NCBI GenBank assembly: GCA_012517205.1
Contig: JAAYVL010000122.1
Span: forward strand, 10,729 to 74,728
Length of the DNA: 64,000 bases
Source of the DNA: Verrucomicrobiota bacterium
GTDB taxonomy: Bacteria; Verrucomicrobiota; Verrucomicrobiia; Limisphaerales; UBA8199
Reading direction: 5' to 3'
Below the pieces are notes generated by a model that did not search any database, was not told the DNA's origin, and saw only the letters and a list, made by a program, of their open reading frames with translations. Of this stretch, positions 26,947-35,129 are shown piece by piece (the stretch's first letter is position 1; each line of letters starts with the position of its first letter). The position numbers and the translations under genes were made by a program.

Positions 26947-28338
26947 ATGAAGATAGCAGGCCGCAGGCGGAAGACGAAAGGAGCTAGGGGTCGGCGCTGG
27001 GCATTGATCGGGGGGATGGCCTTGTTGTGGTTGCTATCCGCCGTGGCCAGCCTGGCGGAGCAGCGCTTTCCGCCGCCAGATTTTGAAGGCGGCCATCAAT
27101 TGCCTGTTACCACGACGCCGCCGGCGCGAGCCTTGACGTTGGATTACCTGGATGTCGGAGTGCTCGGGCTAAGCCTGGGGCTGGCGATCTGGCTGGTCTA
27201 TCGGCGGCGTTCCCGCAAAGGGCTGATCGTCCTTTCCATCTTCTCGCTGCTTTATTTTGGTTTTTGGCGCCATGGCTGCGTCTGCGCCATTGGCTCGCTG
27301 CAAAATGTCGCGCTGGCCCTGGGGGATCGTTCCTACGCCCTGCCGCTGGCTGTACTGGCCTTTTTTGTCCTGCCATTGGCGGTGGCAATTTTCGCCGGCA
27401 GGATCTTCTGCGCGGGGGTTTGCCCGCATGGCGCACTGCAAGACCTGGTCCTGCTGAAGCCGCTCAAAGTGCCCCCCGGGTTGGAAGCGGCGCTAAGCGT
27501 GCTGCCGTTTCTCTACCTGGGGGCCGGCGTTCTGTTCGCCGCCACGGGCAGCGCCTTCATTATCTGCGAGTATGATCCCTTTGTCCCAGTCTTCCGCTTA
27601 AGCGGGCGCGCGCTAATGGTGCTGAGCGGCGCGGCCTTGCTCGGCTTGAGCATATTCGTGGGCCGCCCTTATTGCCGGTTTTTATGCCCTTACGGAGCCC
27701 TGCTAAAGCTGGCCGCCGCCGTGGCGAAATGGCGCGTGCGGGTCACGCCTGACAACTGCACCCAATGCCGTTTATGCGAGGCGTCGTGCCCCTTTGGCGC
27801 CATGCGCGAGCCGCAAGCCCGCCCCGGCACTCAAACCCACGCCCGGGATCGCCGGCGCCTGGGATGGTTGCTCCTGCTCCTGCCACTGCTGCTGGCTGGC
27901 GGCGGCTGGCTCGGATACCGCTTCAGCGCACCCGCTTCGCGGCTGCATCCGACGGTCAGTCTGGCTGACCTGCTCATACGCGCGCAGGGAAGCCCTCCGA
28001 AGATTGGCGCGCTTACGCCGGACGACCTTGCGCTTGAACGCGCCAGGCAGGCGCCGCAGGAAATCCTGGCCGCCGCCGCTGCCATTCAACGGCGATTTGC
28101 CATCGGCGGCTGGATTTTCGGGGCCTGGGTTGGATTGGTATTCGGGGTGAAATTGATCAGTGTCTCAGTTCACCGCCCGCGAACTGATTACGAGCCTGAC
28201 TCGGGCGATTGTTTCGCCTGTGCGCGTTGCTTCGAGTATTGCCCCAATGAACTGGTTCGGCGCGGTGTCATTCCAGCTACAACGCTCACCGCCGCGGCCC
28301 CGGAAATTTCAGGCCCGCCCGGATTGGACCGGAGCTGA
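26947..28338 (+). CDS. Integral-membrane polyferredoxin (NapH/NosH/MauN-like, COG0348-type)
   Basis: Multiple helices. Motifs GCVCAIG, two CX3CP motifs (FCAGVCPHGALQD; YCRFLCPYGALL), and two CxxCxxCxxxCP ferredoxin motifs (CTQCRLCEASCP; CFACARCFEYCP). Confidence 0.7.
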   Translation: MKIAGRRRKTKGARGRRWALIGGMALLWLLSAVASLAEQRFPPPDFEGGHQLPVTTTPPARALTLDYLDVGVLGLSLGLAIWLVYRRRSRKGLIVLSIFSLLYFGFWRHGCVCAIGSLQNVALALGDRSYALPLAVLAFFVLPLAVAIFAGRIFCAGVCPHGALQDLVLLKPLKVPPGLEAALSVLPFLYLGAGVLFAATGSAFIICEYDPFVPVFRLSGRALMVLSGAALLGLSIFVGRPYCRFLCPYGALLKLAAAVAKWRVRVTPDNCTQCRLCEASCPFGAMREPQARPGTQTHARDRRRLGWLLLLLPLLLAGGGWLGYRFSAPASRLHPTVSLADLLIRAQGSPPKIGALTPDDLALERARQAPQEILAAAAAIQRRFAIGGWIFGAWVGLVFGVKLISVSVHRPRTDYEPDSGDCFACARCFEYCPNELVRRGVIPATTLTAAAPEISGPPGLDRS

Positions 28339-30165
28339 ATGCTGACCCGCCTTTTCCAAGTCGAAGCGGCCAGTCCCCCGCGCCAATCTGGCGGGGAGAC
28401 CGTGTTGCTGGCTTGGCGGCTGACGGCGTGGGTGGCCGGCGTTTTCTCCTTGCTGGTCGGCATCACTTTGCTGGTCGAACACACAAGGGCCAAACCCAAT
28501 GATCTGCTCCAACCGCCGCAGCTTATAGCCGCCAAGGAACAACTGCGGCTCGACCCTACCAACCCCCAACTTAAACAGGATATTCGAGAGCTCGATTGGC
28601 GGCTGCGGCAGCGTTATTTCCGTCATTTGGCGCTGATGGGATTTGGCGTGCATCTGCTGGCGGGCGGAGTCATCGTGCTGGTGCTGGCCATGATGCAGGC
28701 CGCCCGCTGCCGGAAACGGGTTCCTCTGCCCGGGCCCAAAGCTGCGATTCCCCACCCGGCCGCGCGCTTCGCAGCCCGCGCACGATGGGCGGTGGCGGCA
28801 TGCGGTATCGTTGTGGGAAGTGGCCTTTTTGTTCTAAGCCGCGCCCTTGGCCCGAACCTCCCCACGCCAGCGGCAGAGTTGGATAAACTGCTCGCCACCC
28901 GCCCGGAGGAATCGTCTTCTCCGGGGCATCCGCAGGCAGCCGATGCCGCCTCGCTCGCGGAACTTAGACAGAACTGGCCGCGCTTTCTCGGTGCGGACGG
29001 CAACAGCTTCTCGCCATCCACAAACGCGCCCGCAAGCTGGAATCCCCAGACCGGCGCGGGGATAGCCTGGAAGGTTCCAACGCCCACCCGGGGCTTTGGC
29101 TCGCCGATCGTCTGGGCCGGCCAGGTTTTTCTTTCCGGTGGTGATGCGCGCCAACGCGAGGTTATCTGTCTCGACGCCCAAACCGGCAAGATTCTCTGGC
29201 AGCAGCCCGTGGCCAGTGTTTCCGACCGCCCGGACCGCACGGAGGTGCCGGATTCCACCGGCTATGCCGCTCCGACCATGGCCACGGACGGGCGCCGCGT
29301 GTATGCGTTTTTTGCCAACGGAGACTGTGCCGCCTTTACGTTGGCAGGCCAGCCGGCCTGGGCCAGAAACTTCGGCCCGCTTAAAAATCCCTACGGCCAT
29401 GCCACGTCTCTCGCCACCTGGCGCGACCGCTTGATCCTGCAACTCGACCAGGGAGAGAGCGAGGACGGCAACTCCAAACTGTATGCCCTGGACGCGCGCA
29501 CCGGCCAGACTGTCTGGCAGCGCCCGCGCAAAACCGGCGCCACCTGGGCGACCCCGAACGTGATAGACGCGGAGGGCAAGGCGCAGGTGATCGCGTTGTC
29601 GGTTCCGTGGGTGATTGCCTACGCGGCGGCGGACGGCGCGGAAGTTTGGCGGGCGGAGTGCCTGAACGGGGAAATCGCCCCCTCGCCGGCCTGCGCGGGC
29701 GGCCTCCTGTTCGTAGCCAGCCCTTCGGAAAAGTTGCTGGCCATTCGCCCGTCAGGGCAGGGGGACATCACCCAAACCCATCTCCTTTGGACCTGGGAGG
29801 ACAGCATCCCCGATGTCACCAGCCCCGCCAGCGACGGCGAACTGGTTTTCATTCTCACCACCTCGGGCATGTTGACCTGCCTCGACGCCCGGGACGGCAA
29901 GAAACAATGGGAGCACGACTTGGAAATGGAATGCCACGCCTCGCCGGCCCTGGCCGCGGGCCGTCTTTACCTTTTTGGGCAAAAGGGCACCGCGGTCGTA
30001 GTCGCGGCGGCGCGGGAGTTCCGGGAATTGTTCCGCACGGAGATGGGAGACGCCTTTCATGCCAGCCCCGCGTTCGTTCAGGACCGGATGTTTCTGCGGG
30101 GGATGACCAACGTGTGGTGCGTGCGCACGATTAACGAAGCTGGGAAGGAGGGGGCGCAACCATGA
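28339..30165 (+). CDS. Membrane-anchored PQQ/BamB-like beta-propeller repeat protein
   Basis: Starts immediately after the upstream stop. Three N-terminal hydrophobic helices are followed by repeated propeller motifs (CLDAQTGKILWQ, ALDARTGQTVWQ, AAADGAEVWR, CLDARDGKKQWE). Confidence 0.65.
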   Translation: MLTRLFQVEAASPPRQSGGETVLLAWRLTAWVAGVFSLLVGITLLVEHTRAKPNDLLQPPQLIAAKEQLRLDPTNPQLKQDIRELDWRLRQRYFRHLALMGFGVHLLAGGVIVLVLAMMQAARCRKRVPLPGPKAAIPHPAARFAARARWAVAACGIVVGSGLFVLSRALGPNLPTPAAELDKLLATRPEESSSPGHPQAADAASLAELRQNWPRFLGADGNSFSPSTNAPASWNPQTGAGIAWKVPTPTRGFGSPIVWAGQVFLSGGDARQREVICLDAQTGKILWQQPVASVSDRPDRTEVPDSTGYAAPTMATDGRRVYAFFANGDCAAFTLAGQPAWARNFGPLKNPYGHATSLATWRDRLILQLDQGESEDGNSKLYALDARTGQTVWQRPRKTGATWATPNVIDAEGKAQVIALSVPWVIAYAAADGAEVWRAECLNGEIAPSPACAGGLLFVASPSEKLLAIRPSGQGDITQTHLLWTWEDSIPDVTSPASDGELVFILTTSGMLTCLDARDGKKQWEHDLEMECHASPALAAGRLYLFGQKGTAVVVAAAREFRELFRTEMGDAFHASPAFVQDRMFLRGMTNVWCVRTINEAGKEGAQP

Positions 30166-32594
30166 ACCCGGCGCGCACTGAACCCGGCGTCGGGCCGGTG
30201 GATCTCCAATACGTAGATGCCGCCATCCAACGCATTGGCCGCGCGCCCGATGCGGTCATCCCCTTGCTCCAGGCCATTCAGGATCACTATGGCTACCTGC
30301 CGGAAGCCGCGTTGCGGCGGGTCTGCGCGGCCACGCAAATCACGCCGGCGGGAATCAATGGGGTGGCCACGTTCTACGACATGTTCCGGCATCGCCCCGG
30401 CGGCAAGCATATTGTCCAGGTATGCCACGGCACGGCCTGCCACGTGGGCGGTTCCGAGCGGGTCGAAGAGGCGCTCCGCCGCCACCTGGCGATACCGGAA
30501 GGGTCGGATACGGACGCCGCGCGGCGCTTCACCCTCGAGCGGGTGGCCTGTCTCGGCTGCTGCACCCTTGCCCCCGTCGTGCGCATCGAGAAGGAAACCA
30601 TTGGCTATGCCGCGGCGGAAAAGGTTCCCGAGACCATCGCGGGATTCCTCGCCAACCGGCAGGAAGCCGCTGCCACCCCAACGGTTGCGACCCCCGCGCC
30701 GCGGACCGGCGCCGCTGAAATCAGGGTCTGCCTCGATTCGTGCTGCCTGGCGAAGGGGACGGATCACTCGTTCCGGGCCTTGCAGCAGAGCCTCGCAAAG
30801 CACGGCGCAAACGCCACCCTGAAGCGGGTCGGCTGTGTGGGGGCCTGCTATCGCACGCCGATGGTCGAAATCGCGATTCCCGGCCAGCCCAGCATCATCT
30901 ATGAGGGGGTGACCCCGGAGCAGGCCGGCAGGCTGGTGGAAACTCACTTCCGGCCGGCGGGGCTGACGCCGCGTATTTCGCAGTTATACACCCGGATCGT
31001 GGACGGCCTGCTCGTGGAAGATGCGGACGCCATCCCGCCGCCCGGCCGCCCGGCGGATGCCAAAGACGGCGCCGGCGACCAGGCATTCTTTCGGCGGCAG
31101 GTCCATATTGCCATGGAGCATTATGGCCGCCTCGACCCGCTGGATCTGGACGAATACCTGGCGCACGATGGCTTTGCGGCTTTGCGCAAGTGCCTGGGAA
31201 TCCCTCCCCCCGAGGAAAATCGGCGGGTAGACGGCGGCCCCAATTCCGCGGCGGTCTCCCCGGAGCAAATCATCACCTCCCTGGAACGCTCCGGTTTGCG
31301 CGGGCGCGGCGGCGCGGGCTTTCCCACCGGCCAGAAATGGCGCATGGTTCGCCAGCAACCCGGCGCGACCAAATACGTCATCTGCAACGGCGATGAAGGC
31401 GACCCCGGCGCATTCATGGATCGGATGATCCTGGAATCCTTCTCCTACCGGGTCATTGAAGGACTGGCCATTGCGGCCGTGGCCATCGGCGCCCACGAAG
31501 CCATTTTCTACATCCGGCACGAGTATTCCCAGGCCTTGCAGCGCGTCCGGGCCGCGCTGGCGGAATGCGAGCGGCGCGGGTGGATCGGGCCGCGCTTGCT
31601 GGGCAGCGATTATCCGCTGCGCATCACCATCAAGGAGGGAGCGGGCGCGTTTGTTTGCGGAGAAGAGACGGCTTTGATTGCCTCCGTCGAGGGGCGCCGC
31701 GGCATGCCGCGCTTGCGCCCGCCGTTTCCGGCTCAAGCCGGCCTGTGGGGCAAGCCCACCCTCATCAACAACGTCGAAACCCTCGCCATGGTGCCGTGGA
31801 TTATCCGCCGCGGCGCGGAAGCGTTTGCCGCCATCGGAACCGCCGCCAGCAAGGGCACCAAGGTATTCTCCCTCGCGGGCAAGGTCCGGCGCGCCGGCCT
31901 GATCGAAATCCCCATGGGCACGACCCTCCGCCAGATTGTCGAGGAAATCGGCGGCGGGATTGCGGACGGCCGGACCTTCAAAGGAGTCCAGATCGGCGGG
32001 CCCTCCGGTGGCTGCGTTCCGGCGCGCCTGGCGGATACGCCGGTGGACTATGAGTCGCTGCGCGACATCGGCGCCATCATGGGCTCCGGCGGCATGGTGG
32101 TGCTCGATGACACCGCCTGCATGGTGGACCTCGCGCGGTATTTCCTGCAATTCACGCAAAATCAGTCCTGCGGCAAATGCACCTTCTGTCGCATTGGCAC
32201 CAAGCGGATGCTGGAACTGCTCGAACTCTTCTGCGCCGGCCAGGCCACCCGCAAACACCTGCGGGAGCTGGAGCAACTGGCGCCCCAGGTATCCGCGGGA
32301 AGCCTTTGCGGCCTCGGCAAAACCGCCCCCAACCCGGTGCTGACCACGCTGCGCTATTTCCGCGACGAATACGAGGCGCACCTGCAGGGCCGCTGCCCCG
32401 CCGGCCGGTGCAAGGCGCTGATCAAATATCGGGTGGGGGATAATTGCACCGGCTGCACCCTTTGCGCGCAGCATTGTCCGGCCGACGCCATCCCCATGAC
32501 CCCGTATGAGCGGCATGTGATTGACCTGCAAAAGTGCACGCGCTGCGATTCCTGCCGGCAGGTGTGCCCCTACGGGGCGGTGGAGATCGTATGA
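30162..32594 (+). CDS. NuoE-NuoF fusion flavoprotein (NADH-binding, FMN and Fe-S subunit; HydB/HndC/StnC-like)
   Basis: ATGA overlap with the upstream gene. Domain order: NuoE-type 2Fe-2S (CHGTAC...CLGCC), a second thioredoxin-like Fe-S domain (CLDSCC...CVGAC), then NuoF motifs GLRGRGGAGFPTGQKW, YVICNGDEGDPGAFMDR and SCGKCTFCRIG. A C-terminal 2x[4Fe-4S] domain follows (CTGCTLCAQHCP; CTRCDSCRQVCP). Confidence 0.85.
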   Translation: MNPARTEPGVGPVDLQYVDAAIQRIGRAPDAVIPLLQAIQDHYGYLPEAALRRVCAATQITPAGINGVATFYDMFRHRPGGKHIVQVCHGTACHVGGSERVEEALRRHLAIPEGSDTDAARRFTLERVACLGCCTLAPVVRIEKETIGYAAAEKVPETIAGFLANRQEAAATPTVATPAPRTGAAEIRVCLDSCCLAKGTDHSFRALQQSLAKHGANATLKRVGCVGACYRTPMVEIAIPGQPSIIYEGVTPEQAGRLVETHFRPAGLTPRISQLYTRIVDGLLVEDADAIPPPGRPADAKDGAGDQAFFRRQVHIAMEHYGRLDPLDLDEYLAHDGFAALRKCLGIPPPEENRRVDGGPNSAAVSPEQIITSLERSGLRGRGGAGFPTGQKWRMVRQQPGATKYVICNGDEGDPGAFMDRMILESFSYRVIEGLAIAAVAIGAHEAIFYIRHEYSQALQRVRAALAECERRGWIGPRLLGSDYPLRITIKEGAGAFVCGEETALIASVEGRRGMPRLRPPFPAQAGLWGKPTLINNVETLAMVPWIIRRGAEAFAAIGTAASKGTKVFSLAGKVRRAGLIEIPMGTTLRQIVEEIGGGIADGRTFKGVQIGGPSGGCVPARLADTPVDYESLRDIGAIMGSGGMVVLDDTACMVDLARYFLQFTQNQSCGKCTFCRIGTKRMLELLELFCAGQATRKHLRELEQLAPQVSAGSLCGLGKTAPNPVLTTLRYFRDEYEAHLQGRCPAGRCKALIKYRVGDNCTGCTLCAQHCPADAIPMTPYERHVIDLQKCTRCDSCRQVCPYGAVEIV

Positions 32595-34663
32595 GCGCCA
32601 TCGCCATCCACATTGATGGGCGGCCGGTGTCCGTGCCGCCGGGCACCACGATTCTGGGCGCCGCGCGCCAACTGGGCATCGCCATCCCAACCCTCTGCCA
32701 CGTCGAGGGCTTCGAGCCGTCCGCTTCCTGCTTTCTGTGCGCGGTGCAGATCGAAGGACGCCCCAATCTTTGGCCGTCCTGCGCCACGCCGGTTGCCCCC
32801 GGAATGGCGGTGATCACGAATTCGGCGGAGGTCCGGGCCGCCCGCAAGACCGCGCTGGAATTGCTGCTTTCCGACCACGCGGGCGATTGTGTGGCCCCGT
32901 GTCATACCGGCTGCCCGGCGGGGCTGGACATCCCCGGGTTCATCGCCCGCATTGCGGCCGGTGATAACGCCGCCTCGGCGCGCCTGGTGACCGACGGGCT
33001 TACCCTGCCCGCCTCGCTGGGGCGGGTATGCCCGCGGCTGTGCGAACAGCATTGCCGGCAATGCGATGTGACGGAGGCGCTCTCCATCCGCAACCTGCAT
33101 CGCTTCAGCGCCGATTACCAGCGCCAGGCAAAATCACCGCCCCCGCCCGCTGACCCTCCGGCGCCTCCCACCGGCCGGCGGGTGGCCATCGTCGGAGCCG
33201 GCCCGGCGGGGTTGGCCGCCGCGCATCACCTGCTGGGCCAGGGACACGCGGTGGCGCTGTTCGATGCCCATTCGCAACCCGGCGGGATGCTGCGCTATGG
33301 CATCCCGGCCTTTCGTTTGCCCCGGCAGGTGCTCGATGCGGAAATCCAAGCGATCCGCGCCCTGGGCGCCGAATTTCACCTGGGCCGGCGGTTGGGCCGC
33401 GACTTGGCCCTGGACAACCTGCGGCGCGACTTCGATGCCGTATTCCTGGCCATCGGCGCGCAAGGCTCCCGCAGCCTGGGGTGCCCGGGTGAAGAGCTTG
33501 CCACCTCCGCCCTGGAGTTCCTGGAAACGATCGCGGACGGCTTCCCCCCCGCGATTGACGGAGATGTCATTGTGGTGGGCGGCGGCAACACCGCGATGGA
33601 CGCCAGCCGTTGCGCCGTGCGCCTGGGCGCCCGCTCGGTGCGGGTGCTTTACCGCCGCACGCGCCGCGAGATGCCGTGCCTCATGGAAGAAGTGGAGGCG
33701 GCGGAGGCCGAGGGGGTCCAGGTCGAATTCCTCGTCGCCCCCGCCCGATTGGAGCGCAAGGAGGGAAAGCTGAACCTCATCTGTCAGCGAATGGAATTGG
33801 GGCCACCCGATGCCAGCGGTCGCGCGCGGCCGGTGCCCGTCCCCGGCTCGGAATTCGCCTTGCCCGCCACTTGCGTCATCGCCGCCATCGGCCAGCACGT
33901 CAAGACCGACGGCCTGGATCATTCGCAACTCGCGCTGTCGAAATGGGGCATTGCCGCCGACCCTAAAACCCTGGCCACGAATTTGCCCGGCGTATTCGCC
34001 GGCGGCGATGCCGTTTCCGGCCCGGATTTGGCCGTGCGGGCGGTAGCGGCCGGCAAACTTGCCGCCGTGGCCATCCACCAATACCTGGCCGGGCAAAAAG
34101 TGGTCGGCACGCCCCCCCTGGCCAGCGTCATGATGGGCAAGCTGAGTGAAGCAGAGCTGGCGGTGCTCCTGCGCGACATCGAGCAGGCGCCGCGCGCGCC
34201 CATGCCGCATCTGCCCCTGGAAGCTCGGCGGACTACCTTTGACGAGGTGGAACTGGGCTTCTCCCTCGAAACGGCTACGCGCGAGTCACGGCGCTGCCTG
34301 GGGTGCGGTTGCGGCAAGGCCGTTCCCTGCCGCCTCCGCCAGGTCGCCACCGAGTACGGCGTGGATCCCCAGCGTTTCGTTGGCGAGCGGCGCCTCTTTA
34401 CGCGCGACACCTCTCACCCGGACATCATCTTCGAGCCGGGCAAGTGCATCCTTTGCGGCGCCTGCCTGCAAGTAGCCGCCCAGGCGGGTGAAGAACTGGG
34501 GCTATCCTTCGCCGGACGCGGCTTCCAGGTGTCGGTGGCCCCCCCCTTCCATCGCCCGGTGGCGGAAGCCCTGCGTCAATCGGGTCGCCGTGCCGCCGAA
34601 GTCTGTCCCACGGGGGCGATTATGCTCAAAAGCGCCGGGTGCGCCGGTTGCCGTCTGGCCTGA
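32591..34663 (+). CDS. 2Fe-2S ferredoxin / GltD-like NAD(P)H-FAD oxidoreductase fusion with extra C-terminal Cys motifs
   Basis: ATGA overlap at MSAIAIHIDG. Domain order: a NuoG-N-terminal-like 2Fe-2S domain, a GltD-type Fe-S region (DCVAPCHTGCPAGLDIP), then dinucleotide folds VAIVGAGPAGLAAA and VIVVGGGNTAMD. The C-terminus carries CLGCGCG...CILCGAC. Confidence 0.8.
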   Translation: MSAIAIHIDGRPVSVPPGTTILGAARQLGIAIPTLCHVEGFEPSASCFLCAVQIEGRPNLWPSCATPVAPGMAVITNSAEVRAARKTALELLLSDHAGDCVAPCHTGCPAGLDIPGFIARIAAGDNAASARLVTDGLTLPASLGRVCPRLCEQHCRQCDVTEALSIRNLHRFSADYQRQAKSPPPPADPPAPPTGRRVAIVGAGPAGLAAAHHLLGQGHAVALFDAHSQPGGMLRYGIPAFRLPRQVLDAEIQAIRALGAEFHLGRRLGRDLALDNLRRDFDAVFLAIGAQGSRSLGCPGEELATSALEFLETIADGFPPAIDGDVIVVGGGNTAMDASRCAVRLGARSVRVLYRRTRREMPCLMEEVEAAEAEGVQVEFLVAPARLERKEGKLNLICQRMELGPPDASGRARPVPVPGSEFALPATCVIAAIGQHVKTDGLDHSQLALSKWGIAADPKTLATNLPGVFAGGDAVSGPDLAVRAVAAGKLAAVAIHQYLAGQKVVGTPPLASVMMGKLSEAELAVLLRDIEQAPRAPMPHLPLEARRTTFDEVELGFSLETATRESRRCLGCGCGKAVPCRLRQVATEYGVDPQRFVGERRLFTRDTSHPDIIFEPGKCILCGACLQVAAQAGEELGLSFAGRGFQVSVAPPFHRPVAEALRQSGRRAAEVCPTGAIMLKSAGCAGCRLA

Positions 34664-34741
34664 CCACCCCAGCGCAACTCGCTGGGAGCGAGCAGGAGCA
34701 CGACAAAGCACCGATCTTGGCCTTTTTAAGCCACGCCGGAC

Positions 34742-34758
34742 TGTCCAATTATTGGACA
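34742..34758. repeat. 17-bp perfect palindrome TGTCCAATTATTGGACA (second occurrence)
   Basis: Read directly. It lies 78 nt after the operon stop and 90 nt before hairpin copy 2. Confidence 0.8.
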
Positions 34759-34847
34759 CTTTCCGCTTTCCAACTTCATAACCCACGTCGAGCACCGGTT
34801 TCGACTTAACTTCAATCATTCCACCATCATCCATAGCAGCCTCCTGC

Positions 34848-34944
34848 CCGTGTACAAGGGGTGTACAACGGATGCTCATCGGGATTACATCGGTTTTTCT
34901 GTTGTTCATCCGGTGAGCATCCGATGTACACCCCTTGTACACGG
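34848..34944. repeat. Hairpin repeat copy 2
   Basis: CCGTGTACAAGGGGTGTACAACGGATGCTCATCGG ... CCGGTGAGCATCCGATGTACACCCCTTGTACACGG. Relative to copy 1, two substitutions are present in both arms (compensated). There is also one mismatch and one G-T pair. Confidence 0.9.
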
Positions 34945-35129
34945 CGTCTTGGGAGGGTGGCAGGACGCCATTTGGGGGTTGCGGTTGGCGGGGGATTGCG
35001 GGATGGGGTTTCGCGCTGTTCGCCGAGTTGAGGGTGTGTTTCGGCAAGCCGGTTTGTCAGCTCAGATTGAGAGGCGCGGCCATCAGCGCGTCCTTGCTTC
35101 CTCCCCGCCGGAATTGCTAATCTTCCAGC

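Noticed and set aside
30984-32690. 568-aa ORF on the minus strand, plus many similar long ORFs: 708-1727, 6336-7286, 7324-8457, 12962-14332, 19336-20457, 33134-34210, 36294-37493, 38869-39948, 39930-41021, 57831-58925
   Set aside because: Each lies antisense to, or out of frame with, a gene that has clear family motifs. Their translations are Arg/Gly/Pro/Ala-rich and low in complexity, as expected for stop-codon-poor alternative frames in high-G+C DNA. None contains a recognisable motif.
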